Positions 39,388 through 50,178 are shown, numbered from the stretch's first letter. The stretch is 64,000 bases of DNA from an uncultured Verrucomicrobiota bacterium (GCA_964470065.1 CAYYAR010000016.1:5080-69079), one strand, 5' to 3'. Notes: generated by a model from the sequence alone, not told the origin. Made by a program: numbers and translations.

Positions 39388-39648
39388 AGCGGGTGTCAAT
39401 CGTTGATAGGTCGTTGGCTAGTCATTGCCATTCAACATGATACGAAATATTTACGTGTGTGATTTTTTTGTATGATAATTTGTTAATAACTACAATAATG
39501 CACATTAAATATAACAGGAATACATATTTGTATCTTTTTTGCACGGCACAAAACTTAAAAGATCACGTCCGTGCCGCGGAGGGTTGCTTCGTTGTGAGCA
39601 GCCGCAGAATCACGGCGGGGGCAAGATTCACCAGGACAAGTCGAAAGC

Positions 39649-39725
39649 AAAAAAAAGAGCGGGGAGTGAGCCCGGCGCCATGGAGGCGCCGGACCCGGGA
39701 TGACTTGGCGTCACCCCGCCCCGCT
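39649..39725 (-). terminator. Compound rho-independent terminator of ahcY
   Basis: On the minus-strand RNA, AGCGGGG...CCCCGCU forms the outer stem and encloses a perfect CCGGCGCC-uccau-GGCGCCGG hairpin, followed by U8. It starts 19 nt after the ahcY stop. Confidence 0.7.
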
Positions 39726-39743
39726 TAACCAAGCATGTACTTC

Positions 39744-41177
<1,434 letters not shown>

Positions 41178-41193
41178 GTCTTTAACTCCTTCT

Positions 41194-42120
41194 TTATTTT
41201 TTTGCACTTGCCAACACCACTGAAAATTCCGGCGCCGCCGCCGGCAAACGGTCGAGGCGCACATCCGCCAAACCACTCGCCGACATCCACGAGCGCAACT
41301 CCTCCTCGCTGAAACCGAGCCACTGATCCGCCCACTGTTCCCGCACCCAATCCTGCTCGTGCCGCAACAAATCCAACACCACCAGACGGCCACCCGTCCG
41401 CAAAATGCGCGCGGCTTCGCTCATCGCCTTCGATGGCTGCGCGGCATGATGCAACGCCTGACTTAATATCACTGCATCCGCGGAACAATCCGGCAGTGGA
41501 AGCGATTCCAGATCCGCCTCGCACACCTTGACCACGCGGTCCAGGCCGGCCGCCGCCGCGCGCGACTTCACTTCCTTCAGCATCGCCCGCGACTGGTCCA
41601 CCGCCGTCACCGATCCGGCGAAACGCGCGAGCAGCAAAGCCAGTTCGCCTTCGCCGGCGCCGAGGTCGACCACATCCTGGCCGGCAAAGCCCGCGGCCAA
41701 TCCCGCCGCCAAGGCCGACCATCCTCCGCCCGGCTGCGTCATCTCGCCATACTTGCCGGCCATCTTCTCAAAGAACTCGCGGCTCCGCTGCCGCCGCTGC
41801 TCTAACACTTTTTTGACCGCTGCGGCATCCTCGCGGGTCGTCGGCAACTTCGCCAACTCCGCTTCGAGCACCCGCTCCAGCGCCGTGTCATCGAGCGCCG
41901 GACCTTTGCGATAATATATGGATGTTCCCTCCCGGCGGGTGTCCACCAACCCGGAGTCGCGAAGCGGTTTCAAATGCCTGCTCACCGACGATTGCGGCAA
42001 CCCGAGCACACTCACCAACTCCGCGACCGACAATTCCGCACTCAATAGTGCCCGTACCAATCTCAGCCGGACATCGTCCGCCAGCGCTTTAAACACTTCA
42101 ATGGTATCGGTTTTGTCCAT
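41194..42120 (-). CDS. ArsR-family HTH fused to a SAM-dependent methyltransferase-like domain (SahR-like regulator)
   Basis: w[53 protein letters not shown], then class I MTase motif [13 protein letters not shown]. The stop lies 16 nt upstream of the ahcY ATG. ATG at 42120 ([10 protein letters not shown]) preferred. Confidence 0.7.
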   Translation of the reverse strand: MDKTDTIEVFKALADDVRLRLVRALLSAELSVAELVSVLGLPQSSVSRHLKPLRDSGLVDTRREGTSIYYRKGPALDDTALERVLEAELAKLPTTREDAAAVKKVLEQRRQRSREFFEKMAGKYGEMTQPGGGWSALAAGLAAGFAGQDVVDLGAGEGELALLLARFAGSVTAVDQSRAMLKEVKSRAAAAGLDRVVKVCEADLESLPLPDCSADAVILSQALHHAAQPSKAMSEAARILRTGGRLVVLDLLRHEQDWVREQWADQWLGFSEEELRSWMSASGLADVRLDRLPAAAPEFSVVLASAKK

Positions 42121-42121
42121 A

Positions 42122-42139
42122 TATCCGTTATTCCGGATA
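42122..42139. promoter_or_regulatory. Inverted repeat TATCCG-N6-CGGATA (candidate operator)
   Basis: Perfect 6-bp arms between the -10 hexamer and the start codon of the SahR-like gene, so it covers the predicted +1 and leader. Confidence 0.4.
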
Positions 42140-42145
42140 GATGAA

Positions 42146-42174
42146 TATATAAGCCGCCACAGGCAAAATGTCAA
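42146..42174 (-). promoter_or_regulatory. Sigma-70-type promoter TTGACA-17-TATATA for the sahR-like/ahcY operon
   Basis: On the minus strand: TTGACA (42174..42169), a 17-nt spacer, TATATA (42151..42146). Confidence 0.5.
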
Positions 42175-43109
42175 ATCGCTACAAAAAAAACTCCATATTG
42201 AGTTCACCCCGCCCATCACCTACCATCGACACTCGCATGTCGAACCAAACCAGTCATTCCGCCGGGCTCCACATCTGGCGTCATATCGCCATACGACTTC
42301 CCGCCGACTGGGAGATGCTCCAATTTTCGAATGAATACACCCGGGGACGTTGTGCATTCGCGGACCGTTACCAATTTCGATGCGAAATGAGTTGGCGGAC
42401 CGTGCCGGGCGAGCCCGATTACCACCGGATGGTTTCCGACTACATCACCAAATTGGAGCAGGAGAAAAAAATCACGGACGCCCATCCGGTGACCACGCGC
42501 GGATGGCACGGCTTTCACGGTCGCATGAAAGAGGACGTGACTTCGCGTTTTGGACGCCACCTGCCCGCCATCGGATGCCTGGTCGAGATCGTCCTGCTCT
42601 GGCCGGATCAGCGGGATAGCGCTTGCGAGGAGGATGTGCTCGCATCAATTGACGCGGTCACGGATGATCGCGAAGGTTGCCGGCGGTGGCGGGCCTTCGG
42701 GCTCGATCTTCGCGTGCCAGCCTCCGCGGCGTTTGAAGGATGCACGGTGTTACCAGCCCGCGCGGAATTCGCATTCACCGAGCCCCGCTCCGGCAACCGG
42801 TGGGAATTTGCGCGGCTCGGCATGGTGCACGGATGGTTCAACGGCAACCTCGATCAGTGGCTTCTTTCGGCGCTCGGTAAATCCGTGCGCGATCCGCGCA
42901 TCACGCGACGGGACCATCACGGCGTCGACCTTCACTTGGCCGAGGGCGCCTTCAAACCGCAAACCATTCATCTGCGTCATGGCCAATTCCAAGCTGCCGC
43001 CTGGCTGGACCGGACCGACGGACGTATTTACTGCGTGAAAAAATTCATCCGCAAAGAAGCCCCGGGTACGGAGATTCCGGCCGAGCAACTGCTGCGCTCC
43101 ACCGGCTGA
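42168..43109 (+). CDS. Hypothetical protein (no domain recognised)
   Basis: 313-aa ORF divergent from the SahR-like gene, with an alternative ATG at 42237. Trp/Arg-rich and with no TM. Coding is supported only by ORF length and the absence of a better overlapping frame. Confidence 0.5.
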   Translation: MSNRYKKNSILSSPRPSPTIDTRMSNQTSHSAGLHIWRHIAIRLPADWEMLQFSNEYTRGRCAFADRYQFRCEMSWRTVPGEPDYHRMVSDYITKLEQEKKITDAHPVTTRGWHGFHGRMKEDVTSRFGRHLPAIGCLVEIVLLWPDQRDSACEEDVLASIDAVTDDREGCRRWRAFGLDLRVPASAAFEGCTVLPARAEFAFTEPRSGNRWEFARLGMVHGWFNGNLDQWLLSALGKSVRDPRITRRDHHGVDLHLAEGAFKPQTIHLRHGQFQAAAWLDRTDGRIYCVKKFIRKEAPGTEIPAEQLLRSTG

Positions 43110-43198
43110 AACACCGATCGCCTTGCGCGTCATCACCGGTACGCGAAATTCATCCGCGGATTTCCATCATCGCGCCGCTGCTATTTATCCCGATTGTT

Positions 43199-43227
43199 TT
43201 GACAGCCCCCTAACTCGGGTGCATATT
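43199..43227 (+). promoter_or_regulatory. Possible sigma-70 promoter TTGACA-17-CATATT
   Basis: Located 17 nt upstream of the polyprenyl synthase ATG, so the mRNA would have a very short leader. Confidence 0.3.
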
Positions 43228-43243
43228 CCATTCGGAAATTTCA

Positions 43244-44116
43244 ATGAATTTGGATCACAACCAGGTGGAAAGTTACCTCGCCGACGTGCGTTCGCTCATG
43301 GCCAAGTCGTTGGCCGACACCGTGCTGCGCCATTTTGTGACCGATTCAAAAACCCTTGTCGGCAGTGGCAAAATGCTTCGATCCCGCCTGATTGCCCGCG
43401 TCGGCACCGCGGCTGGCATCCCCTACACCACGCGAGTGCACGCCGCCGCCGCGGTGGAAATGATTCATGCCGCCAGCCTGTTGCATGATGACGTGATCGA
43501 CGGCGGCTATTTGCGGCGGGGCATGCCGACCTTTTGGGTCGAGCGTGGCATTCCCGGCGCCATCCTGGTAGGCGACTTGATGCTCTTCAAGGCCCTCGAC
43601 ATTGTCAGCGAGGTGGAAGACAGCCGGCTGACCCGCCAATTGATCAAAATGACCGGCGAGGTGTGCGATGCCGAGTCGGAGCAGGAACTCATCCTGCGCA
43701 ATGCCGAAGCGACGTGGGACAATTGCCTGCGCATCGCCCGCCGCAAAACCGGAGCCCTCTTCGCGTTTGCCGCCTATGCTTGCGGTGGCCGCGATCAGGA
43801 ATTGTCCAAGATTCTCCTCGAGTCCGGTTATATCATAGGTACGGCTTACCAATTAGCTGACGACATTCTCGACGCGAAGGGATCTTCGGAAATCTCAGGC
43901 AAATCCCACGGGAGCGACGAGGCCCGCCGCAAGACCACCGCGGTTTCCGCCAACAACGACAATCAGCGCGACCCCATCGCCTACGTGGATGATCTTTGCC
44001 GTCAGGCGGAAGAGTCGCTCGCCTCCTGGCCGAAGGTGCAAGCCGGATGGCGTGAGTTCATGACCCACGACATGCAGCCCGCATTGTACCATCACCTGCA
44101 GTACAACCCATCCTGA
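43244..44116 (+). CDS. Polyprenyl diphosphate synthase family protein
   Basis: First DDxxD in LLHDDVIDGG and second DDxxD in QLADDILDA. At 290 aa it is short for the family. Confidence 0.85.
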   Translation: MNLDHNQVESYLADVRSLMAKSLADTVLRHFVTDSKTLVGSGKMLRSRLIARVGTAAGIPYTTRVHAAAAVEMIHAASLLHDDVIDGGYLRRGMPTFWVERGIPGAILVGDLMLFKALDIVSEVEDSRLTRQLIKMTGEVCDAESEQELILRNAEATWDNCLRIARRKTGALFAFAAYACGGRDQELSKILLESGYIIGTAYQLADDILDAKGSSEISGKSHGSDEARRKTTAVSANNDNQRDPIAYVDDLCRQAEESLASWPKVQAGWREFMTHDMQPALYHHLQYNPS

Positions 44117-44175
44117 CCCGGCGGCCCCCGCGGCAAACACCTCTTCCGCGCCGGAAAACCCCGGCCTGACCGCGG

Positions 44176-44196
44176 ATTTTCCAGTCACTGGAAAAT
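44176..44196. promoter_or_regulatory. Perfect 21-bp palindrome ATTTTCCAGT-C-ACTGGAAAAT
   Basis: Contains the core TTCCA-N5-TGGAA. Centred at 44186, about 78 bp upstream of the predicted nqr TSS. Confidence 0.45.
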
Positions 44197-44210
44197 ATGT
44201 CCTAAAAAAA

Positions 44211-44225
44211 TTCCAACAATTGGAA
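44211..44225. promoter_or_regulatory. Palindrome TTCCA-N5-TGGAA (second copy)
   Basis: TTCCAACAATTGGAA, centred at 44218, 32 bp from the first copy. It is followed by two CAATTG hexamers 10 bp apart (44217, 44227). Confidence 0.4.
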
Positions 44226-44229
44226 TCAA

Positions 44230-44257
44230 TTGACAATTAAAGTCCCGGGAGTATCTT
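44230..44257 (+). promoter_or_regulatory. Possible sigma-70 promoter TTGACA-16-TATCTT of the nqr operon
   Basis: -35 at 44230..44235 (its TTG is the false start of the ORF-track model) and -10 at 44252..44257, about 50 nt upstream of the nqrA ATG. Confidence 0.4.
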
Positions 44258-44307
44258 CAATCGCTTTACTTTTTACGCGCAAAGGTCGCGTACAGGCAGG
44301 AATACTT

Positions 44308-45681
44308 ATGGCGACGTTCACAATAAAAAAGGGAATGAATATCAAGCTGGCCGGCGCTCCGGAAACGGTGGTGGCCGACGCGCCCGCGCCGAAGCAGGTG
44401 TTCGTTTATCCCGCTGAATTTCACGGCATCAAACCCCGACTCAAGGTGAAGGAGGGCGACCGGGTCAAGCGCGGCACTCCGATGGTGTTCGACAAGAAGA
44501 ACCCCGACTTTCAGTTGTGCGCCCCGGCTGGCGGTACCGTGGCCACCATCAACTTCGGCAAACGCCGCGTGCTCGAATCAATCGTGATTGATGTCGATGC
44601 CCGCGAAGAAGCCGAAACGTTCACCAAATTCTCCGCGGATCAGTTGCTGCGCACCGATCGCCACACCTTGTTGAATCACCTGCAGCAAACCGGCCTCATC
44701 GCGCTACTGGTCGCCCGTCCGTTCTCGCGCATGGCCGATGCCAAGAAACATCCGAAGTCTATCTTCGTTAACGCCATGAACACGGCGCCCTATCATCCGG
44801 ACGCCAACGCGGTCATCGCCGGACACGAACACAGTTTTCAAGCCGGCTTGAATGCTCTCTCCCGCCTGACCGACCGCAAAGTGCACCTCTGCCTTGATGG
44901 CGCCAAGCAAAACATCGCCGCGCTGAAGGATGCGAAAAATGTCGAGGTTCACTATTTCGCGGGACCGCATCCCTCGGGCAACACCAGTGTCCACATTCAC
45001 CACATCGACCCGATCAGTCCGGGCGATGTCGTATGGACCATCAAGGCGCAGGATGTGTTATTATTCGGACAGTTGCTGACCAGCGGCGAATATCCCACCC
45101 ATCGCGTGATCACGCTTTCCGGGCCGGGCGTGCTGAAGGGGAGTCAACGCCACTACCGCATCCGCCTCGGCGCCGCGCTCGAACATTTTCTGGCCGGCCA
45201 CACCGGCAAAAACGAAATGCGCATCATCGGCGGCGACATTCTGGCCGGGGCGAAAATCGATCCGGCCGGCGGATTGCGATTCTACGAAGATGCCATCACT
45301 GTGCTCCCGGAGGATCGCGAACGCCACTTCATCGGCTGGCTCGCCCCCGGGCACAACCGGCTCAGCGCCTCCCGCACCTTCGTCTCGCGCTGGTTCGGGC
45401 TCGACAAGCGCAAGGAGTGGGCACTTGGCACCAATCAACGCGGCGAACTTCGTCCGATGGTGCTCACCGGCCTGTACGACAAGTATGTCCCTATGAACAT
45501 CATGACGGATTATCTGGTGCGCGCGGTGCTCGCCCGCGATGCCGATGAGGCCATTGCCCTTGGCTTGCTGGAAACCGATCCGGAGGATTTTGCCCTGTCC
45601 GCGTTTGTCTGCCCGTCCAAAATGGATTTGTGCAGCATCATTCGCAAAGGCCTTGACCAGGTGGAGAAGGAAGGTATCTGA
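44308..45681 (+). CDS. nqrA: Na+-translocating NADH:quinone oxidoreductase subunit A
   Basis: MATFTIKKGMNIKLAGAPE... is a typical NqrA N-terminus. First gene of a six-gene nqr cluster. ATG at 44308 preferred. Confidence 0.95.
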   Translation: MATFTIKKGMNIKLAGAPETVVADAPAPKQVFVYPAEFHGIKPRLKVKEGDRVKRGTPMVFDKKNPDFQLCAPAGGTVATINFGKRRVLESIVIDVDAREEAETFTKFSADQLLRTDRHTLLNHLQQTGLIALLVARPFSRMADAKKHPKSIFVNAMNTAPYHPDANAVIAGHEHSFQAGLNALSRLTDRKVHLCLDGAKQNIAALKDAKNVEVHYFAGPHPSGNTSVHIHHIDPISPGDVVWTIKAQDVLLFGQLLTSGEYPTHRVITLSGPGVLKGSQRHYRIRLGAALEHFLAGHTGKNEMRIIGGDILAGAKIDPAGGLRFYEDAITVLPEDRERHFIGWLAPGHNRLSASRTFVSRWFGLDKRKEWALGTNQRGELRPMVLTGLYDKYVPMNIMTDYLVRAVLARDADEAIALGLLETDPEDFALSAFVCPSKMDLCSIIRKGLDQVEKEGI

Positions 45682-46892
45682 TGAAATTCATTCTTGATAT
45701 GCATGACAAGATCCGCCCGCAATTTGAAAAGGGCGGCAAGATGGAGCGGATGTATCCGCTGTTTGAAGCACAGGACACTTTTTTCTTCACACCGTCCGAA
45801 GTCACCCACGGCGCCCCCCATGTCCGCGATGCCCTTGATATCAAGCGTACCATGATCACGGTGGTGCTGGCCCTGATCCCGGTGGTTCTCTTTGGCATGT
45901 GGAATGTCGGCCACCAATACAACGTCGTCAACCAAACCGGCGCCACCGACTTCTTGTCCAACATGCTGCGCGGCGCGCTGATCGTGATGCCGATCATCCT
46001 CACCTCCTATGTAGTGGGCGGCCTGTGGGAAGTGGGCTTCGCCATTGTCCGGCGTCATCCCATCAACGAGGGATTTCTGGTCTCCGGCCTCCTGTTCCCG
46101 CTCACCCTTCCGCCCACTATTCCGTTGTGGCAGGTCGCGGTCGGCATTTCGTTTGGTATCGTGGTCGGCAAGGAAATCTTCGGAGGCACCGGATTCAATG
46201 TGCTAAATCCCGCCCTCACCGCGCGGGCCTTCCTGTTCTTTGCTTATCCGGTGCAGATATCCGGCGACAAAGTCTGGACGGTGGTGAGCAATGCCGGCGG
46301 CACGATTGAGGGCTTCTCCGGAGCTACCTCGCTGGCCGTGGCCGCACTCGCGCCGGCCGGCGCGAGCGTCCTCGACGCATTGCACAGCGCCGACTACGCC
46401 GGCTTCACCTGGATGCGTATGTTCCTCGGGACCATCGGTGGCAGCATTGGAGAGACATCGGCGTTAGGTTGCCTGATCGGGGCAGCCATCTTGATCGGCT
46501 TCGGTGTTGGATCATGGCAGATCATGGCCGGCAGTGTGATCGGCCTCACGATCATGGCCACCGCGCTGAATCTTCTTCCCGCCGACCAATTCAAAGGATT
46601 CACCCAGCTGCCGTTTTACTACCACATGGTGATGGGTAGCTTCGCGTTCGGCACGGTGTTCATGGCCACCGACCCCGTCTCCGCCGCAGCCACCACCAAG
46701 GGAAAATGGATTTACGGCGGACTCATCGGCGCGTTGATTGTGCTGATTCGTGTGACCAACCCCGCCTACCCTGAGGGCGTCATGCTCGCCATTTTATTCA
46801 TGAATGTGATGGCGCCGATGATCGACCACTACGTCGTGCAAGCCCATATTCGCCAGCGCAAAGCGTACTTGAGGAAATTCAGCCATGCGTAA
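45681..46892 (+). CDS. nqrB: Na+-NQR subunit B
   Basis: Polytopic membrane protein with an FMN-attachment context (GFSGATSLA). TGATG overlap with nqrA. Confidence 0.95.
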   Translation: MKFILDMHDKIRPQFEKGGKMERMYPLFEAQDTFFFTPSEVTHGAPHVRDALDIKRTMITVVLALIPVVLFGMWNVGHQYNVVNQTGATDFLSNMLRGALIVMPIILTSYVVGGLWEVGFAIVRRHPINEGFLVSGLLFPLTLPPTIPLWQVAVGISFGIVVGKEIFGGTGFNVLNPALTARAFLFFAYPVQISGDKVWTVVSNAGGTIEGFSGATSLAVAALAPAGASVLDALHSADYAGFTWMRMFLGTIGGSIGETSALGCLIGAAILIGFGVGSWQIMAGSVIGLTIMATALNLLPADQFKGFTQLPFYYHMVMGSFAFGTVFMATDPVSAAATTKGKWIYGGLIGALIVLIRVTNPAYPEGVMLAILFMNVMAPMIDHYVVQAHIRQRKAYLRKFSHA

Positions 46893-47610
46893 GGAAGACA
46901 TCAGAATCATTTCGTTTGCCGCCGTGGTATGCGTGGCTTGCAGCCTCGTACTTTCCGCCACCGCCACCACGCTGAAAGAGAAGCAGGACACCGCGGTGGA
47001 GTTGGACCGGAAAATGAATGTGCTAAAGGCGTTCGGCGTGAAGACCATTGACGAGCAGGGAAACAAAATCGCCAAGAACGATGTGGACGTTTATTTCACC
47101 CAAAACATTTCCGAAGTCTACGTGAACAAGGATAGCGGTGAAATCGTGGACAGCCCGGATGTGGCGATCCTCAAGCGCGAAGCCAAAGAGCGTACCCACG
47201 AAGGACGCACGCTGCTTCCCCTGTACGTGTGGAAAGAGGGCGGCGAGCCGGTGAAATACGCGTTTCCGACCAGCGGTATGGGGTTGTGGTCGATTGTGCA
47301 TGGCTATGTGGCCCTCGATCGCGATTTGAGCACGATCATTGGCGTCACGTTCTACAAACACGGCGAGACCCCGGGACTTGGTGGCGAGGTATCCGCTGAT
47401 TGGTTCATGGATCAATTCAAGGGAAAGACCATTTATGCCGGCGGGTCGCTGGTAAATCTCGAGGTGGTCAAAGGCAAGGCGCCCGAGGACAGCAGCTATC
47501 AAGTGGATGGCATGAGCGGCGCCACCATGACCGGCAACGGCCTCAACATCTTTATGAACCGCGACATCGCGTACTACGAAAAATACTTCAGCCGCATCCG
47601 GGGAACCTGA
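46885..47610 (+). CDS. nqrC: Na+-NQR subunit C
   Basis: Single N-terminal TM and an FMN-binding motif, [12 protein letters not shown] (S-G-A-T). Confidence 0.95.
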   Translation: MRKEDIRIISFAAVVCVACSLVLSATATTLKEKQDTAVELDRKMNVLKAFGVKTIDEQGNKIAKNDVDVYFTQNISEVYVNKDSGEIVDSPDVAILKREAKERTHEGRTLLPLYVWKEGGEPVKYAFPTSGMGLWSIVHGYVALDRDLSTIIGVTFYKHGETPGLGGEVSADWFMDQFKGKTIYAGGSLVNLEVVKGKAPEDSSYQVDGMSGATMTGNGLNIFMNRDIAYYEKYFSRIRGT

Positions 47611-47612
47611 CC

Positions 47613-48215
47613 ATGGCCAAGACCAAAGACATCCTGCTCGACCCTCTGTCCGACAACAACCCGATCACCATCCAGATTCTGGGCATCTGCTCGGCGCTGG
47701 CCGTGACGGTGAAAATGGAAACCTCCGTGGTTATGTGCATTGCCCTGACTGCCGTGGTTTCACTTTCCAACCTTACCATGTCGCTCCTGCGCAAAATCAC
47801 CCCCGGACGTATCCGTATGATCGTGGAAATGGCCGTGATCGCCTCGCTGGTGATCGTGGCCGATCAGTTCCTGCGAGCCTACCTGTTTGATATCAGTCGC
47901 CAGCTGAGCGTTTTCGTCGGCTTGATCATCACGAACTGCATTGTCATGGGTCGCGCGGAAGCATTTGCCATGCAAAATCCCCCGCTTCCCTCGCTCCTTG
48001 ACGGCATCGGCAACGGCCTTGGTTACAGCGCGGTCTTGTTGACCGTGGCGTCCATTCGCGAAGTGCTGGGATCCGGCACCTGGTTTGGAATTTCACTGAT
48101 GCCCGCCGGTTATCTCGGCAACGGACTGGCCCTGCTGGCTCCGGGCGCCTTCATCATCATCGGGCTGATCATCTGGGCCCAACGCACCATCATCAAAAAG
48201 TTTGAGACGGAGTAA
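47613..48215 (+). CDS. nqrD: Na+-NQR subunit D
   Basis: [32 protein letters not shown], Rnf/Nqr D-type. ATG at 47613 lies 2 nt after the nqrC stop. The track model starts 71 codons early inside nqrC. Confidence 0.95.
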   Translation: MAKTKDILLDPLSDNNPITIQILGICSALAVTVKMETSVVMCIALTAVVSLSNLTMSLLRKITPGRIRMIVEMAVIASLVIVADQFLRAYLFDISRQLSVFVGLIITNCIVMGRAEAFAMQNPPLPSLLDGIGNGLGYSAVLLTVASIREVLGSGTWFGISLMPAGYLGNGLALLAPGAFIIIGLIIWAQRTIIKKFETE

Positions 48216-48226
48216 GGAGCCAATCC

Positions 48227-48841
48227 ATGGAACTTGTCAGCCTCGCCATTAAAGCCATTTTCATCGAAAACATCCTGCTCGCCTTTTTCCTGGGGATGTG
48301 TTCATTCCTTGCCCTTTCCAAAAAGGTGGAGACCGCCAGCGGCCTCGGCATGGCCGTGATCTTCGTGCAGGGCATCACCGTTCCCGTGAACTGGGCCATT
48401 CAGCACTTCCTGCTCGCCGATGGCGCCCTCGCCTGGACCGGCGTACCAGCCCTCGCCGCGTTGGATTTGTCCTTCCTGACGTTCATCTGCTTCATCGCGG
48501 TGATCGCCTCGCTGGTACAGCTGGTGGAAATGATTCTCGACAAGTTTTTCCCGCCGCTTTACAGCGCGCTCGGCATTTTCCTGCCGCTCATTACGGTCAA
48601 TTGCGCTATTCTCGGCGGATCGCTGTTCATGGTGGAACGCCGCTATGACTTCGCCGAATCCCTGGTCTACGGATTCTCCTCCGGCATCGGCTGGTTTCTT
48701 GCGATTGTGGCCCTCGCGGCCATCCGCAAGAAGATCCGTTACTCGCATATTCCCGACGGACTGAAGGGGCTCGGCATGACATTCATCCTAACCGGTTTGA
48801 TGGCGATTGGATTTTTGTGCTTTTCCGGCATATCGTTGTAA
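48227..48841 (+). CDS. nqrE: Na+-NQR subunit E
   Basis: 204-aa polytopic protein with FLGMCSFLA and VNCAILG motifs of NqrE/RnfA. Confidence 0.95.
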   Translation: MELVSLAIKAIFIENILLAFFLGMCSFLALSKKVETASGLGMAVIFVQGITVPVNWAIQHFLLADGALAWTGVPALAALDLSFLTFICFIAVIASLVQLVEMILDKFFPPLYSALGIFLPLITVNCAILGGSLFMVERRYDFAESLVYGFSSGIGWFLAIVALAAIRKKIRYSHIPDGLKGLGMTFILTGLMAIGFLCFSGISL

Positions 48842-48859
48842 TCATCAGGAGCTTCTATC

Positions 48860-50119
48860 ATGAATACATCCGCACTATTGACCTTTGCTGTGTTTGATCC
48901 GGTGTACGTAGGCGCCAGCGTGGCTGTTTTCACCGGGGTGATCCTCACGCTGGTCATCGGCCTGATGGTCGCCTCGCGCAAGTTACAACCGGCCGGTTTG
49001 ATCAAAATCGACATCAACGACGGCAAGAAAGTCATCGAAGTTGAACCGGGCACCACCCTCTTATCGGCCTTATCATCCCAGAGTGTATTTCTTCCTTCGG
49101 CATGCGGCGGTGGCGGCACCTGCGCGATGTGCAAATGCCAAGTGCTGGAAGGCGGCGGAACTATTCTTCCCACCGAAACCGGCCACATCAACAAGACCGA
49201 TGCCCGCGCCGGGATGCGGCTCGGCTGCCAGGTGAAGGTAAAGAACGACATGAAGGTGCATGTCCATGACGAAGTGCTCGAGATCAAGAAGTTTGAGGGC
49301 ACCGTGCGGTCCAATCACAACGTCGCCACCTTCATCAAGGAGTTTATCGTGGATCTGCCTCCCGGCATGGACCTCAACCACAAGGCGGGCGGATACATCC
49401 AGATCGACATTCCCAAATACGAATTGTCATTCAAAGACTTCGTCATTGAGGATCGATTCCGCAAGGCTTGGGATCACTTCAAACTTTGGGACATCAAGGC
49501 AAAGAACGAGGAGCCTTGCTTCCGTGCCTACTCCATGGCCAATCACCCCGCCGAGGGCAATTGTGTGATGTTGAACGTCCGCATCGCTACGCCTCCTCCC
49601 AACATGCCAGGCATTCCCCCCGGCAAAGCCTCCAGTTACATCTTCAATCTCAAGCCTGGCGACAAGGTTTGGATTAGCGGGCCCTACGGCGAATTTTTTG
49701 CCAAGGATACCAACAAGGAAATGGTCTACATCGGCGGTGGCGCCGGGATGGCCCCGCTCCGCGCGCACATCATGGACCTGCTGGAGACCAAGAAGTCGAC
49801 CCGGAAGATCAGTTACTGGTACGGCGCCCGTTCCCCCAATGAAATGTTCTACGAACCGGATTTCCGCAAGCTGGAAAAGGAATTTCCGAACTTCAAGATG
49901 AACATCGCCATGAGCGAGCCTCGTCCGGAAGACAACTGGACCGGTTACACCGGATTTATCCATCAGGTTCTCTTCGACAACTACCTCAAGAACCATGAGG
50001 ACCCGACCGAAGTTGAATTTTACATATGCGGTCCTCCGCCCATGATTGCCGCCGTGAACAAGATGTTGTTCGATATCGGCGTGGAAAAAGAGCAGATCGC
50101 CTACGACGAGTTCGGCTAA
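48860..50119 (+). CDS. nqrF: Na+-NQR subunit F
   Basis: N-terminal TM, a 2Fe-2S ferredoxin motif ([12 protein letters not shown]) and an FAD/NADH-binding domain ([15 protein letters not shown]). Confidence 0.95.
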   Translation: MNTSALLTFAVFDPVYVGASVAVFTGVILTLVIGLMVASRKLQPAGLIKIDINDGKKVIEVEPGTTLLSALSSQSVFLPSACGGGGTCAMCKCQVLEGGGTILPTETGHINKTDARAGMRLGCQVKVKNDMKVHVHDEVLEIKKFEGTVRSNHNVATFIKEFIVDLPPGMDLNHKAGGYIQIDIPKYELSFKDFVIEDRFRKAWDHFKLWDIKAKNEEPCFRAYSMANHPAEGNCVMLNVRIATPPPNMPGIPPGKASSYIFNLKPGDKVWISGPYGEFFAKDTNKEMVYIGGGAGMAPLRAHIMDLLETKKSTRKISYWYGARSPNEMFYEPDFRKLEKEFPNFKMNIAMSEPRPEDNWTGYTGFIHQVLFDNYLKNHEDPTEVEFYICGPPPMIAAVNKMLFDIGVEKEQIAYDEFG

Positions 50120-50146
50120 CCGTTCGTTACAGACTCCTCGCATGAG

Positions 50147-50178
50147 AAGCCCTCCGTGTCAGCACGGAGGGCTTTTTT
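50147..50178 (+). terminator. Rho-independent terminator of the nqr operon
   Basis: AAGCCCTCCGTG-tcag-CACGGAGGGCTT followed by a T-run, 27 nt after the nqrF stop. Confidence 0.85.

Noticed and set aside
41178-41393. 72-codon N-terminal extension of ahcY in the ORF track. Analogous extensions occur on gatB, nqrD, nqrA, folD, psd (52962..53204), proS (57351..57512), trpB and the lipoprotein (8495..8686)
   Set aside because: The extensions overlap upstream genes or promoters, are Cys/Arg/Trp-rich junk, and lack an SD. Internal ATG or GTG codons with an SD reproduce family-typical N-termini.
43228-43243. TTCC-N4-GGAA (ATTCCATTCGGAAAT) upstream of the polyprenyl synthase gene as a third copy of the nqr palindrome
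   Set aside because: The spacing differs (N4 against N7 between the TTCC and GGAA cores), so it is probably coincidental.
44176-44196. The 21-bp palindrome as a terminator for the polyprenyl synthase gene
   Set aside because: The stem is AT-rich with effectively a 1-5-nt loop and no following T-run. A second copy of the same core motif 32 bp away argues for a protein-binding site.
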